The position numbers and the translations under genes were made by a program. This document shows, in pieces, positions 36,738 to 49,946 of a DNA stretch of 64,000 nt. The stretch lies in the NCBI GenBank assembly GCA_964106915.2, contig OZ066914.1; one strand, 5' to 3'. Numbering within the stretch: the first letter of the stretch is position 1; every line of letters begins with the position of its first letter. Source of the stretch: Podarcis gaigeae. Taxonomy: Eukaryota. Under the pieces are notes generated by a model. That model was not told the origin of the DNA. It made no database searches and saw only the letters and a list, made by a program, of their open reading frames with translations.

Positions 36738-37575
36738 GTAAGGCGATGTAGGGTTTCCATTGATGGGTGGGGTTGCATTTTAGGGGTGGAGGATAACGAA
36801 GAGGCGCGATGTGGATGCTGGTAGGTTTGGAGGTTAAGCGAGCAGGTGACATTGCAGCGTGGGAACTGAATTTGGGCGAGCTGAGGGCATTCCTAAATAT
36901 GACAAACGTTGTAGGTACAAACGTTGGTCCCTTCAGTGGGAGAGGGGCGAGAATGGTTAATGCTAGGGCCAACTACAAGGCTGCAAAGAAGCGAGTTAGC
37001 GTTTAAGATCATCATTCCTAAATGCAATCGTCTAAACTGGATAGGCAGAAAGCTAAGCATCTTAATAGGAAAACCATGTGTGCCTCGTGCTCCCTTTTCC
37101 CCCCTTGGGCAGCCAGCTATCTCTGCTATAAATTAAATTAGGATTTTGAACATAAAATGGTTTCTCAAGGCTGATCCTCTCTCCAATAGCCAATCCTAAA
37201 TGTATTTACTGTGAAATAAGCCCCGCCGTGTCCATTGTGGTTTAAGCCCAAGGCAGCATGCAGAGGATCAAAGTAAAGACAGCTAGCTACCAGTCCTCTC
37301 TGGAAGAAAGGCCAGTGGCTTTGTGGAGGATGTGTGTGAGATTTCCATCTTTGTAATTATTATGGAATGCTATCGTATAGGACAAATTGGATGAAGGGGA
37401 ATGATAAAATAAGCTTATGGCCCTTGCTGTGATTCTTATGAAGCCCCTTTACACTACTTTAGGAGGAAAGGTTACATAGTTAAAGGAGGGTGACTGAATT
37501 ATGATGCATGGAAGCATTGTGAATTCTGGATTCTGTCTTTGTTCCCATTAGCAGATTGTGTTTTGACACTTCAAG

Positions 37576-37708
37576 ATGAGCCGTTTCCTGAATGTACTCC
37601 GTAGCTGGCTAGTTATGGTGTCCATTATTGCCATGGGGAACACAGTGCAAAGCTTCAGAGATCACAGTTTCCTCTCTGAGAAACTATACACTGGCAAACC
37701 AAGCCTCG
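37576..37708 (+). CDS. ERG28: ERG28 exon 2 coding part (MSRFLNVLRSWLVMVSIIAMGNTVQSFRDHSFLSEKLYTGKPSL)
   Basis: 133 nt, very close to vertebrate ERG28/C14orf1 N-terminus; TAGCAG acceptor (exon starts 37552 or 37555); |GTAAGA donor. Confidence 0.97.
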
Positions 37709-38087
37709 GTAAGATGCACAGGTCATTTTTGTACTCAAGAAATGCTGGAACCTTAATCCTGGGTTATCTTGCCTGAGCTCTGAAAATTTGTGTTCAGATT
37801 TCAAAATAACCCACCTTCTGCTTACTTAAACTTCTAGAGGTGGCTAGTGCTATTTTTGCTTGAACAATGACAGCTTGAAGGCCACTAAATGTGTTACAAA
37901 TTTAGGTGAAACACTCTGTGTACCTTTGGTATACCAAAACCTCAATGATGTGTAAAAAAGAGGCTTGTGTTTGTTTCACTATTTGTACATGAAATGGAGA
38001 GCAGGGGCCCATTATAGCTTTCTGGAGCATGTGTATGTGGTGAAATAAATATAAGACCACATAGCTGCAAATGTGTCAGATAGCCCT

Positions 38088-38282
38088 TAGGAACATAGCA
38101 TGCAGCTTTATACCAAATTGATCCACTGGTCCACCTATCTCAATGTGATTTACTCTTGCTGGCAGTGGTTCTTCTGGGTTGCAGACTTAGGAATTTTCCA
38201 CCCCTACTTGGAGATGTCAGACCTTGAACCTGAGACCTTTTGCATACTATGCATGTGCTCTGCCATTGAGTTAAAGCCCTTT
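38088..38282 (-). mobile_element. tRNA-derived squamate SINE (same family as 25563-25742), in ERG28 intron 2
   Basis: GGGCTTTAACTCAATGGCAGAGCAC...AGGTCTCAGGTTCAAGG head plus shared body. Confidence 0.78.
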
Positions 38283-39801
38283 CCATTAATCTCCCTTCCA
38301 CCCGTAGTGATATTCTGCCACCTCATAATGCATTATCGCAGAAGATAGTGCAGTTCCATATCCACATTGGAGTGGTCTCAAGCATTTACTGCAGTACTAA
38401 AACAAACATTTTCCATGGGTCCTTATGGGCTTATTTGCTTCAAAGTGAATGCACAGTTCCACATGTCCTTTGATTCTACAATCAGCCAATCCACTATATT
38501 TCCCCATCTAAGAAATACAATCTCAGACACTTATGTAATACAATTATACTCACAGTACAAGAAGAGTCTAGCAAATCCTGCCATGTTATGAGCTTTGGGC
38601 ATTTCCAGATTTTATGGTCCATCTGAAAAGACTGTGCTGCTGGCACTCAACCACCCAGATGACATCATCCCAGCAAAAGTTCCCATTGTAGACAATCACT
38701 GTTGAACAGCATTCAAGCCACTAACCAGAATTGTTAGTAAAAGGTATCTCTTGGCCCAGCAGGTGCAGATATTATTGATGTCTTTTTATGCAGAAAAGAC
38801 CTTATGATAGAGGCATAGGCACCTATTGAAGCACATTATCAAGCTCTTCCACACCATTTTGAATTCACTGCCACCTTTTCTAGATTTTTGTCCCCTTCAA
38901 AGTTATACATGCATTCCTGTCCAATGCTGAATAGCTCATCTACATTTTTTAAGACTAGTCCTTCCATCCCAAACACAACCATGTACCCTTATGTGTAGAT
39001 CTTCTGGCTTCAGCTAAAGTACCAGTAAACCAAACTTCAAGTAAACGAGTAGTTTTAATTAATCGCCAGTAGCATTTTCCCTGCTCCATCATTTGGAAAG
39101 ACCTTGACCCCTACGACGCTTTCCAACTCCATTAGTCTTGAGCCCTATCCATACCTACTGCTTAGCTTTGCCTAGACTGGGAGAGTATCAGAAAAGATAG
39201 TTGCCCCCCACCCGTATATACATAAAAATGTATGGATGTCATACTGCAGTTCATGTGGCTGCCTTTGTCAACTCCACCATGTTGGCAGGCAGGTAGACGA
39301 CTTGATGGCAGGCAGCCTAGGCAAGCTGTTTAAACGGGAGGATGTGCTTCACAGAGCGATTTTGCAAACTACTTTGGAAAGTGCTTCCCAAATGGTCGTC
39401 CCCCTCCCACCAGTAACCATGGCTGCAATAAGGCTTAATGGAGAAGGGCGGGTGCTTCACAGAATGGTTTGTTAAACTGCTTGGTGAAGTGCCTGCTTCG
39501 TTGTTAAACAGGTTTCCTTGGCCACTTGCCTGCCATCACATTGGAGTTTGCCAAACTGCTCTGCAAAGCCCCTGACCCCTCCTTTAAAAGATGGTGTGGG
39601 CTGGCAGGAGCAATGGGCAGAGGGGCTTGGGCTGAACTGTGGAGGGAGCTGTGAGGGGATGGGTAAGGGGTCAGTGAGCATAAAGAGAGGTTGGTCATGT
39701 GTAAAGGGGGGAGGGGTGGACAAAGGGGTCGGTGGGGTTAGTGAGCGGAGCAAGCAAGGGTGACAGACCCTAGTAATTCTATATTTGTTATCTCTACACA
39801 G

Positions 39802-39892
39802 TAAATGGCCTCCAGGCTCGGACCTTTGGCATTTGGACCTTACTCTCCTCTGTAATTCGCTGCTACTGTGCCATTGATATCCGCAACAAGAC
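39802..39892 (+). CDS. ERG28: ERG28 exon 3 ([31 protein letters not shown])
   Basis: 91 nt, cacag| acceptor, |GTATGT donor; [11 protein letters not shown] Erg28 signature. Confidence 0.97.
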
Positions 39893-41384
39893 GTATGTAA
39901 AATAAATGCTAAAGGGGGGGGGCGGTTGTCTTACCCACCTCCCAATCATGTACACACTTAGGTGCCACAGCAACTCTTTTCTATTCCCCTATAGCTGGGG
40001 TTGGTAACCTGTGGCCCTCCAAATGTCGTTGGACTCCACCTCCCATCAGACCCAGCCAGCATGGCCCTTGGTCAGGGAAGATGGGAGTTGTAGTCCAACA
40101 CTTATCTGGAGGGCAATGGTTTATTCATTTATTGGTTTTTATGCCAACTTTTTGCCAAGGCACTAGAGCCGATTTACAATTTTACACATCTTATACCAGC
40201 AAATGAAAATAAAACCCTCCTCATGCCCTTCTTTTTCCTTCTCACGTGGCTGATGGTGTTGGTTATGTGACAAGACGGAATAATCTGGCTGGCACAGACC
40301 CTCATGGTGTCAATGCCTGACCCCCTCCTGGTTATCCTAAACTTTTTTAGCTTGTAGATTTGAGGCAACAAGTGTTATTTTCTTGAAATGCTTCGTTCGC
40401 ACAGGTATGAAGGAAAGACTGTTTAGCATAATACTGATGCAAAATCAAAATGTAGGTAGTTATTCTATAGCGCATGTTTGTTTAGAGGTCTGGAATCAAA
40501 AGTGGAAACACTCTAATTAGGTATTCGCCCTATCTTTTGGTGATATTTGGATAGCTCACAAATACACTTTCAGTCATCTTCTGTTGGAAGTTGTTTTTGG
40601 AACTTCTATTCCATTCATATATTTTGCGTCAGTGATTTCCAAGAAAGCCATATGCATGAATGGGCTGAGCTTATGTTTCTATTTGGCTTGACTTCAGCAT
40701 TAGCTTGGCACTGTGTGTGCTAAGAGATCTAGTTTGCTTGTCTGAGAGGTCAGGAGAGCCTTTGCAGGAGGCTTAAGATGGGACAGCAGTCTACTGTCTT
40801 GGTCTTGAACTGCCAGTGGAAGGCTTCCTGTGATAAAAATGACAAACTGTTAAAGGAGCAGTTGATGGATAAATGCAAAGAACTTTTGAAGCTGGTAACC
40901 TTTTTATAAAAGAAAAGCAATGGGAGCATTTGAGGTCTGGTTGGAAAGTTGCTTGGAGAAATTTATAAAAATAGCAAGTTGGGCATATGGGACCTCTATA
41001 AGGAAGCACAGCTCTGAGTTCACCCACAATAGCTTTCAGTCCTCTGCTCCTGATCTTGACATTTTAAAAAATATACCCCCACAAACTCCTTTCCCTTGTT
41101 ACTTGCAATTTCATCACTCTTTCATCTACATTGACAGGGTTCCCTTCCTTTGCCTTCCTATTCCGCTGGCAGATGAAGCAAAGTGACAGTGGAGCACACT
41201 TACCAGAAAGTTAAATTGTACTGAAATCAGTAAGACTGACATGTTTATAAGCATCAGGATGAAGACCATTCTTCCTCCTTTCCCCCCTTGCCCTCCATCA
41301 TCCCAGTCCTGGTTAAAGCATCCTCAGTTACACGAAACTGACCATTTGCACAATTTGCAGTTTGATTTTAGTTGCACGATCTGC

Positions 41385-41575
41385 TTTATTTATTGCATTT
41401 CTAGATCAACCTTTCCTCCACAGAGCTCAAGATGGCATACACATTTCTCTCCTCCACATTGTATCCTCACAACAACCCCGTGAGGAAGATTAGGCTGAAA
41501 GAGTGTGAGTGGCCCAAGGTTACCCAGGAAGCATCATGGCTTGAGTTGGGGTTTCAACCTTGATGGCCTAGGACT
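41385..41575 (-). mobile_element. MIR/Ther1-like CORE-SINE relic (similar copies at about 21433-21612 + and 47775-47960 -)
   Basis: ATCCTCACAACAACCCCGTGAGGAAGATTAGGCTGAAAGAG..GTGGCCCAAGGTTACCCAG core pattern. Confidence 0.7.
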
Positions 41576-42288
41576 GGAAAGCAAATGACATACAGTTTAT
41601 AAACATACCAGAGTTTTTGTTTCTATTTCATATATTTATTTTAAATCACCGTGATTGAAATAATACATTTGCAAACACAATTTAAATGTCACTTATTGAC
41701 AGAGAAAGATGTGGATTTGAAAGCACAGATTAAGTTTCACAGGGCAAGGTTTTTGGATTGCAATTCTTTTTTTAACTGCCAGTGCTGCAAACATACTTAA
41801 AATAAAATGTAGCCATTTTGTCCTCATTCATTAGTAATACTTCCATGGCTTCAAAGCACTATGCTGTCCCCATTACCCTCTATGCAAGCATAACTGATAA
41901 GAGTTTAGCTGAGGAGTCTGTTCCAGAGATGCAAGCCAGTTCACCCTCCTTCCACTCTGTTGGCTCAACAGGAATAATGTGTGAAAAGCCACAGTAGCTC
42001 TCTTTTTTTTATCATCGAAGTTGGCAGCTTCATCTCCCATTTTCCAGAGTGGCAAGGAGCTGCATGCTGAGAGGGAGCTATTTGTACTGTGTCATTCGAC
42101 AAGGTGAGGTGTACTTTTAAAGGAGAACGGGCACTTGGTCTGTTTGCTTCCCCAGAGTTACGCGGCAAGTCTGAAACCTGTCCCCAGTTCTTTTCCAATT
42201 GTGATGTCAATTTAGCCCTAATAAGAGGGATTAGATAATACCAAAGTAATTTTTTACCGTGCAGGTGAGTGAGCAATGCTGGGATGTA

Positions 42289-42583
42289 CAGTGGTGCCTC
42301 GCAAGACAAAAATAATCCATTCTGTGAGTCTCTTCGTCTAGCGGTTTTTTCATCTTGCGAAGCAAGCCCGTTGACGGATTAGCGCTATTAGCGGCTTTTA
42401 GCGGATAAGCGGCTTAGCGGCTTAGAAAAGGGGGGGGGAACCCCACAGGAACTCGCAAGACATTTTCGTCTTGCGAAGCAAGCCCATAGGAAATTCGTTT
42501 TGCGAAGCACCTCCAAAACGGAAAACACTTTCATCTAGCGAGTTTTCCGCCTTGCGAGGCATTCGTCTTGCGGGGCACCACTG
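42289..42583. mobile_element. Tc1/mariner-pogo type MITE, TIR CAGTGGTGCCTCGCAAGAC, TA TSD
   Basis: TA|CAGTGGTGCCTCGCAAGAC...GTCTTGCGGGGCACCACTG|TA, with internal TCTTGCGAAGCA and TTAGCGG repeats. Confidence 0.9.
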
Positions 42584-43213
42584 TACTTCTGGGAAGACAT
42601 AAAGGGTTGTGCTGTATGTGTAGGTTTTCAACATTTTGATAGTAAATCGAGGGTCACTTCAAACCTGGTTATTCTCGAAGTCACTATACTTTTAAAATAA
42701 AAAAATCCCAGTTGATTTTTATCCATCTTGCTTTAACCAAAGCAATACCAGCTACCACAACTTGGTGCACCCCTTGCCATCCATGCTGTTAATCCTATTA
42801 ATCAGCCTGGGGAAGGCCGTATATCCCATGTGGTGACTAGTGGGTGGAAGATGGACTGAACCAGCTCATCTGAATTGCCATTTGAGCAACGAAAGAGGCT
42901 CTCTGTCATTTCCAAGAAATGCAGAAGCCAGTCTAGCATGTACCTATATTACCAGATAGCCAGTGTGGTGCTTTCCAGATGTTCCTAGTCTCCAATTTCT
43001 ATTATCCCTGACCACTGGCCATGCTGGTGGGGTCTCATGGGAGTTGGAGTCCAACAGCATTTTGAAGGCATCATCATATTGGCTGTCGCTGACATAGTGC
43101 AAAAACGTGAGTGTGTTTGCTTTGTGTATTTTTTAACTCCTTGGCTCTTAATTTCTTTGTCGGCGTCTCTCTGGGACCTGCAATAATTCTCTTTTTTTTG
43201 TTCTCTCCGGCAG

Positions 43214-43332
43214 CCTCTATAACATCACACTTTTCACCTTCTTCCTTGCCCTCGGCCACTTCCTCTCTGAAGTGTTTATTTATGGCACAGCAGCTGCAAC
43301 AATCGGTGTCTTGGCACCCCTAATGGTGGCAA
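43214..43332 (+). CDS. ERG28: ERG28 exon 4 (LYNITLFTFFLALGHFLSEVFIYGTAAATIGVLAPLMVA)
   Basis: 119 nt, ggcag| acceptor, |GTAAGT donor; HFLSE motif. Confidence 0.97.
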
Positions 43333-43611
43333 GTAAGTAGAGCCCATTCTTTGGTGCCTGGTGCTTGGCTTGTTAAAGCTGTGGCCTGCTTTTCCCCTGA
43401 GAAGATCACAAACTTACCCTCACACTTTCCCTGCGATGGGTTGGTTGGACAGGCTAAGTGACAGTGATATGGCCAAAGCCAGCAAGTAAGCTTCATAACT
43501 GAACAGAGCTGAACAGAGGGGGTTTTAGTAACCAAATGCAACTAGCGCCTCCTAAAGATGTAGAAGGGGTAGCAATGTCCTCTGCTCCCTCTCATTTTCC
43601 ATCTGTCTCAG

Positions 43612-43691
43612 GTTTCTCCATCCTGGGTATGCTGATTGGGCTGCAATATCTTGAAGTAGAAGCAACATCGCAGCTCAAGAAACGGAACTGA
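43612..43691 (+). CDS. ERG28: ERG28 exon 5 coding part (SFSILGMLIGLQYLEVEATSQLKKRN*)
   Basis: 80 nt, ctcag| acceptor, TGA at 43689-43691; total CDS 423 nt = 140 aa; C-terminal KKRN fits a KKxx ER-retrieval signal. Confidence 0.96.
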
Positions 43692-43939
43692 AGTTACGGA
43701 TCCCATATCAGCCTCCCAGCCATCGTCCAGTGTCTACTACCACATTGCCTCCTTGACTTTCCCTCCTCATCCCGTACCCTGCAAGTGGTCAGATCGTTCT
43801 TGGGACTTCAGTCATCCTTTCTTTTGTCTGCCGTTGATTTTGATCTGAACAGGCAGTACTTGACCTGCGACCAGTGCCACACGTGGAGCCCTGAAGAGCT
43901 GTTCTAAACTGGGTGTGGGTTTCCCTGGTGGAGGGCGCC

Positions 43940-44000
43940 TTCCTGCATTGCAGGGGGTTGGACTAGATGACCCTTGGGGATCCCTTCCAACTCTGATTCT
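43940..44000 (+). mobile_element. CR1-type tail fragment in ERG28 3'UTR
   Basis: TTCCTGCATTGCAGGGGGTTGGACTAGATGACCCTTGGGGATCCCTTCCAACTCTGATTCT. Confidence 0.8.
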
Positions 44001-44192
44001 TAAAGCATCCTCAGTTCTGGTGGTGGGAAGGGAAGAGAGGGCTATAGATATCTTGCCCCCATCACCTTTGCAGGGGAGGGGAAACGTAGCACTGCCCAAA
44101 ATCCATGGGGAGACTGGTATTGTGGGAAGAGGCCAGACCAAAGTCATCATGGCACATAGTAGCTGTGTGTTTGTCCATAAGCATGGTTTTTC

Positions 44193-44198
44193 AATAAA
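44193..44198 (+). terminator. Probable ERG28 polyadenylation signal (a distal AATAAA also at 45404-45409)
   Basis: AATAAA about 500 nt after the stop, followed by U/GU-rich sequence. Confidence 0.6.
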
Positions 44199-47100
44199 CA
44201 GGCAAAAATTGTGCAGAACTACAGCTTCTTTTTATCTGGTAGGGAAAAGGAGAGATATCAGATTTTCTGTCTGTCTGGGTTTTTTTGTCTGCCTGTCTGT
44301 CTCACTCCTTAGCAAGAGGTAACATGACTTTTTGTATTTTTCATTTTAGGTTCTGGGGAATCTGCTTTGGCAATTTCCCCTTTAATAGAACAGGCTGTCG
44401 TTCTAGATAACGTCTCCCTATTCCCCTCACCTGTCCTCTTATTCCTTCCTAAGGTAGCTGTGTACTTCCTTCAAGTCTCCATTTGGCACACTAAATTCAA
44501 GCGTAAGCAGGCGACTTCTGTATAGTACTGTTCTTGACTGCCTTATGAGAAGAGCTAGACCAAACCTCAGGCTTGGAAAAGAAGCTTGGCATAGCAAACT
44601 AGTGTTTTAAAAAAATACTGTTGCATAGTTTTTGGGTGATAGAAGTAGGAACCATGTAGAACAGAGGACTTGAAGAGACAAGTAGAGAGATTGGATTCTT
44701 ACTGCTGCTACAAAAAAAGGGCCAGGTCACCTCCTCCTAAAATGTTGTCTTATTAACTGGAAGGCCTGCTGCTGAAGTCACAAAGATGAGGACACATCTC
44801 TTTACTAGAGTACAGCATATACGTGGAGAGAGTGCTGTTGTGCCCAAATCCTGCTTGTGAGTTTCCCACTGGCAAGTGGTTGGCCACTGTGAGAACTGGA
44901 TGCTGGACTAGATAAGAACTTTATGTTCTTATATGTTTGTTATAGGTTAGTGCTGGGCCGGCCCAACCTAGAGACAAACTAGGCAATGGCCCGGAGTGCC
45001 AAAATTCCAGGAGCACCTGCCTCAGCTATGTAAATGCCTTGGAGAGACACTTGTGAAAGAGATGCCCAGAGGCAGCTGACCCCTTCACAGGCTGAGTAAT
45101 ATCCCCTGCATTCTAGGTATCTTAGGATGGTGAGATACTAACCTATTTCATCAAAGGGTCAGGCTGCCCGTTTTCATTTTGGTGCTGAACAGATCTTTGT
45201 AAGTTAAGTTGTCCTTTCAATCGGAGTGGTGAACGAATGCTAAAGGGTTGATTTTCCCTTTTTTTAAAGTGCATGCTAACAGGTGAAATTGGGATTCTGA
45301 TCTTGTTGGTAACGGTGCTCAGTATTTAGTCCAGCTGCTCAGTATTTAGTCCAGCTGAAGTAATTTGCAATGCAAATAAGTATACTAAGCTACTGAAACT
45401 GAAAATAAAAATTGGAAAATAGTAATGCTGGTCTTAATCATTTAATGTGCTACTCTTAGGTTGTTCAGAATACGGTGGAAGATAAGGAGGGCGAGATTTT
45501 AGCTCTATTAAGGCAGTGCATCTGACTTACTTACGGAATATTGTAATACAGAATGGGGGTCATTTCCCTCAGCATCTTTTGAGGCTGCACAGCTCTTGGA
45601 AAGTTGCATTCCAGGTAGCCCAGCTTGGAGCAAATCTAAAAGTACTGCTAAACATGCTGCTAGAAGATGACGGTACACTGAATTCATACTACACCAAACT
45701 CTAGGTATATGCAACATTGCACTGTATGTGTTTTATTGCACAGAAAAGGGGCTAACTAAAAAAAAAAACCAAACCTGGAAGGTGCATCAAGATCAAGTAT
45801 GCATAGTGCTCCCAAAGTTCATATGAGAATGTCTGTGAGCCAACCAAACAACAACAACAGCAACAACAAAAGCCAGAACAAACGTAGACAATACCATTGT
45901 AGGTCACAGAGAGGCAGGATGGAGCTAGAAATCAGCTGTAGCATACAGAATTCGCATCCTTAACTGAGGCATCTGGCTTGGGTGGTATTTGTTTCTAAAA
46001 ATCTTTTATGAAAACAGACGAAAGGGATTTGGCCTCTTGCCAGGTATAGCCACCTTTGAACTGCAACAGCTCACTGGATCAGGCATCCATTTATAGCTAA
46101 GTAAACAAGGCATTTGGTGTCAGCCCAAGCATGAATGATGCTATCAGAACACTGCTGTATCCTAACTGTTTGAACTTAAAAGACTAGCATAGGCATTCCC
46201 AGACTGTGCCAGAGCACTAGTTATTTAAAAGACTCTGAACCCAAAGCACCCACTCACAGAGGAGCAACCCCCCCATGTTACTTTCTCCCAACACCCAAAA
46301 TAATAGACACAATAATGGCATTAGAAAGGGCAGTAATCAGAAGCTGCTCAGTGAATATTTTAACATCTCAGTCACTGTTACTGGCCTTAAAGGATCATTT
46401 GTAAACAAATGTTGAAGGAAGACTCCAGCGTGAAACCTATTAATTGTAATTTAGCAAGTTGTTAACATTTATCACTTGTGTGGCTTGAAGCAAGTTAGTG
46501 GGTTTTTACCCTGCTAATTTCAAGTGATAATTACCTGACCAATAACAGCATCTTTGTGTTATCGTCGATACTGTTCTGTGAATAATCACTAATTATTTAC
46601 ATAAGTTCAAGTTTCAACACATTAGATTGTTTTTTTACATTTCATTTCTCTCTGACCTCAGTGTTCCTCTAGTGACATACCCTTAGAATTAAGTTCAGTT
46701 TGTTTTGAGTAACAGAACTGAAAAAGAGCTAAAAATCCACTTCTGGTTACCCAGAAAGTTACCCAGTATAATTGCGGAAGGTGGGGGAGAGATTTCAGTG
46801 CTACTATCAACAATAGGGAGTTGGAAATCCATTCCAATCTACCACAGGCCACTCAGTGACCTATCAGTAGATACAGATCTATCTACTGCCCCTCTGACCT
46901 TGTTGCGCCACAGATTTATTCGAAAAACGGGTGCACTAGTGACTTTCTTGCAATTTGCTTCTAACATTCACCTTTCCAAGCTTTCAAAAAGTGATGAGCA
47001 AGAGCAATCAAGTGAATTAACTTCATGGGTCACTTTTGGGTTGTTGGCCAATAAGCCAGAAAAGATAAGAGCAGCATGGGGGGCGGGGTTTGCATGGGCT

Positions 47101-47230
47101 GGGAGAGTTAATGCTTCACCATTAAAAAAAAAATGCTGCATGTGTAAGAACCTGCCAGACCCAGAACCTACCTCTTCAGATAGGCTATAGCACTAGACAG
47201 ATTTCCCTGGATAAGGAAATGGAAGCAGTA

Positions 47231-47472
47231 CAGTGGTACCTCAGGTTACATACGCTTCAGGTTACATACACTTCAGGTTACAGACTCTGCTAACCCAGAA
47301 ATAGTACTTCGGGTTAAGAACTTTGCTTCAGGATGAGAACAAAAATCGTGCTCCAGCAGTGCGGCGGCAACAGGAGGCCCCATTAGCTAAAGTGGTGCTT
47401 CAGGTTAAGAACAGTTTCAGGTTAAGAATGGACCTCCAGAACGAATTAAGTACTTAACCCGAGGTACCACTG
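47231..47472. mobile_element. Tc1/mariner-pogo type MITE, TIR CAGTGGTACCTC, TA TSD
   Basis: TA|CAGTGGTACCTCAGGTTA...TAACCCGAGGTACCACTG|TA; sister copies at 22183-22408 and 63944-63987. Confidence 0.9.
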
Positions 47473-49840
47473 TATATTCAAAGAGTGTGTAGGCAGGCCT
47501 GAATGAGGATAATACAAAGCCAGGTGTTGGATCTATAGTTCCTTACTGCCAATTAATGTGAAAGCCTCAGTGCTAACTTCCCCTGTTTCTATGAAGAATG
47601 GCCATACATTGCCTGGATATGAATAGCTAGACCTCAAACAAAGAAGTTAGCAGATACAACTTACCTCCATCAAGCTACAGGTTTAGTACCATTCATTGGA
47701 AAGAGGAAAGACAAAAAGTTGTGGACAATCCCTGAGTTCACAGAGAGACAGAGGAGGGTGAGTAGATCAATTTCATCGCATTTATTTTATTTGTATCCAA
47801 CCCTTCAAGGAGCTCCATGATATCCTCTTCCCTGTTTTATCCTTACAACATCAACCCTGAGAGGTAGATTGGACTTAACAGAGAATGGAGGACCCAAGGT
47901 CATGAATGAGGCTTCATGACCAAGCAGAGATTTCAACCTGGGACTGCCTTGGCTTTCCCAGATGAGTTTGGGGGCCTTGTTGTGCATGAGATTAAATTAT
48001 AAGGATACTTGTCCAATTTAGAAGTGCTATGGGGGCGGGGAGAAGAGTGTTGTGCATTTGTTCTAAAACCATCAAATGCTCATTGGTTTTAGAACAGTAT
48101 TTGAGGTAGCACTATGTAGCTAATGTACACAAAAATACATTTTTTATAGTTACACAGTGCTTTCCAAATAATATCAGGACACATCCTAGTCAAAGAGCTC
48201 ATAAACCAAGCCCAAATTCCCAATACATTGGCAACAGATACTATACATGATCTGAACAAACAATGAAACTAAGAGTTGTACAGGTATTCGGTAGAACTTG
48301 ATGCCTTCAAAATGAAGGGAAATTGTACTCTAATTTGGAACCGGCACTTCTCTGTCTCAGATGATCGTGGTATGCATGGAGGTGGGTGGGGGATTTCTAT
48401 ATGGTTCAACTCATAACCATTTCAAAATACACAAGGTTCATCTTCTGTCCATAAATTAAACTGCACTTTTCCTCCCCTGATCAAAGGTGAATTTCCATTA
48501 AATATATCTGGTTTAAATAATTTCCATAAACCACAAAGCTAGCCACTGCATACTGTGATTGCTTCCAACACTGGCCCGTTTCTCTGAAACAGCCATCCTT
48601 AACAAATTTGGCAATTTGTTGCCAAATTGTTGCATTTCCAGTGTTTCCTGTGTTGACGTCCTGTGTTTTTCCCAGACCTGTTTTATGACATTTTTCCTGC
48701 CTCTTGCAATAAAATGCAATTGCAGTTACTGCTTGTCCTGTGTGTGCTGGCAAAACATTATCAAAGCTTTTAAGACTTCCTACGCCTTTGATTAAAGTTT
48801 CCTCAAAGTTTAATTGCTTCTTGTCCAGCACTGCTGGGACAATTAGTGATACGTTATACTTTTTGGTTAGCTTATGTTCAGGGCTTTAGTTACTGCTTTT
48901 CTTACTTTGTTTTTTTCGCTTTCTTTGAAAACAGTGTTATTTAATTATAGAAGAATAAAATGATACAAGGAAACCAGTAATTAAATTTATGCACCCCTCA
49001 AATAATACTAAAAAGCTGTAGTGTGGAAGCAACCTATGGCAGGCTGTCCTTTTCAAATATTCTTTAAAAACTATTTTCCCCATAACATTTCTGGAGTATT
49101 GCCATAATTTGGGTAATAAGAGAGCATTCTCATTTCAAAACTATCGTCCGTTACTTTAAAAAGAATCTTCTCGGGGCTTGATTTACTAAAATATAGTCTA
49201 CCAACAGGACGTTTTGAAGGGGAGAAAGCTTCCCAGTGAGGTCTTTCCCCAGTGGCAAATCATGAGTTGCGCTTCAGTTTGGGCTGCTCACAGAGCAAGT
49301 GCTTTCTTGTTCTCCCTGAGGAGCAAGGATCTTCCTCTAGATCCATTTCATATCCCATTCAGTAGGTCTGCTGGACACATAACAGGATTAACAAATGGTC
49401 GCTCTCAATCCATGCAATGGAAGAAACGCTGGATTCAGTGATTTGGCTTCAATGGCCAAGACAAGCTATCTTCCGCTGAGCAACTGCTGCCTTTGGTCCC
49501 TTGGCAGAAAGGGCACCAGGACACGCCACCAGGACAGAGGAGCTGGCTCAGGGAGGGTGACTCAAGTCCTGTGCATTCCTTTTCAGCAGCAGCTTCCTAG
49601 ATTGTCCTCAGATGCTGGGCGACACCAAGTGTAGTGGGAGATACAGATGTCAAAGACGAGAATGGAAGTTAGTGGTGGCGCCAGCTGGTCCTCAATCTCC
49701 CACCATTAGAATTTTGATTCCTCGTACAGCGGCACAGTGCTGGTTTGAGGCACTTTTCCCAATGTCTTCTGAAAATCAGAGAGAGAAGGGGCACAGTTAG
49801 GGGGTGGTCAAAGGTATCAGACAGCAGGAACCCACTACCA

Positions 49841-49946
49841 GCACCAAGGTTGCAGGTTTGATCCCTGTTTGGGACAGCAACATATTCCTGCATTGCTAGA
49901 TGATCCTCAGGGTCCCTTCCAACTCTACAATTCCATGATTCTATGA
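49841..49946 (+). mobile_element. tRNA-derived SINE fragment with CR1-type tail
   Basis: CCAAGGTTGCAGGTTTGATCCC (B-box-like), then TTCCTGCATTGC..GATGATCCTCAGGGTCCCTTCCAACTCTACAATTCCATGATTCTATG. Confidence 0.7.

Larger units (their letters stand above)
35720..36820. promoter_or_regulatory. CpG island / bidirectional TTLL5-ERG28 promoter
   Basis: High GC and CpG density. Motifs: NRF1-type GCGCGTGCGCA 36339-36349, YY1-type AAGATGGCG 36392-36400, ATTGG 36532-36536, CCAAT 36595-36599, GC box GGGGAGGCGGG 36647-36657, X-box-like GTTACTACAACAAC 36242-36255. Confidence 0.88.

Noticed and set aside
35718-37136. Cluster of long overlapping ORFs in the CpG island
   Set aside because: Expected from GC richness and the (CTG)n repeat; no homology recognised
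46705-47190. 161-codon intergenic ORF
   Set aside because: Non-ATG start, no domain features, no supported exon structure
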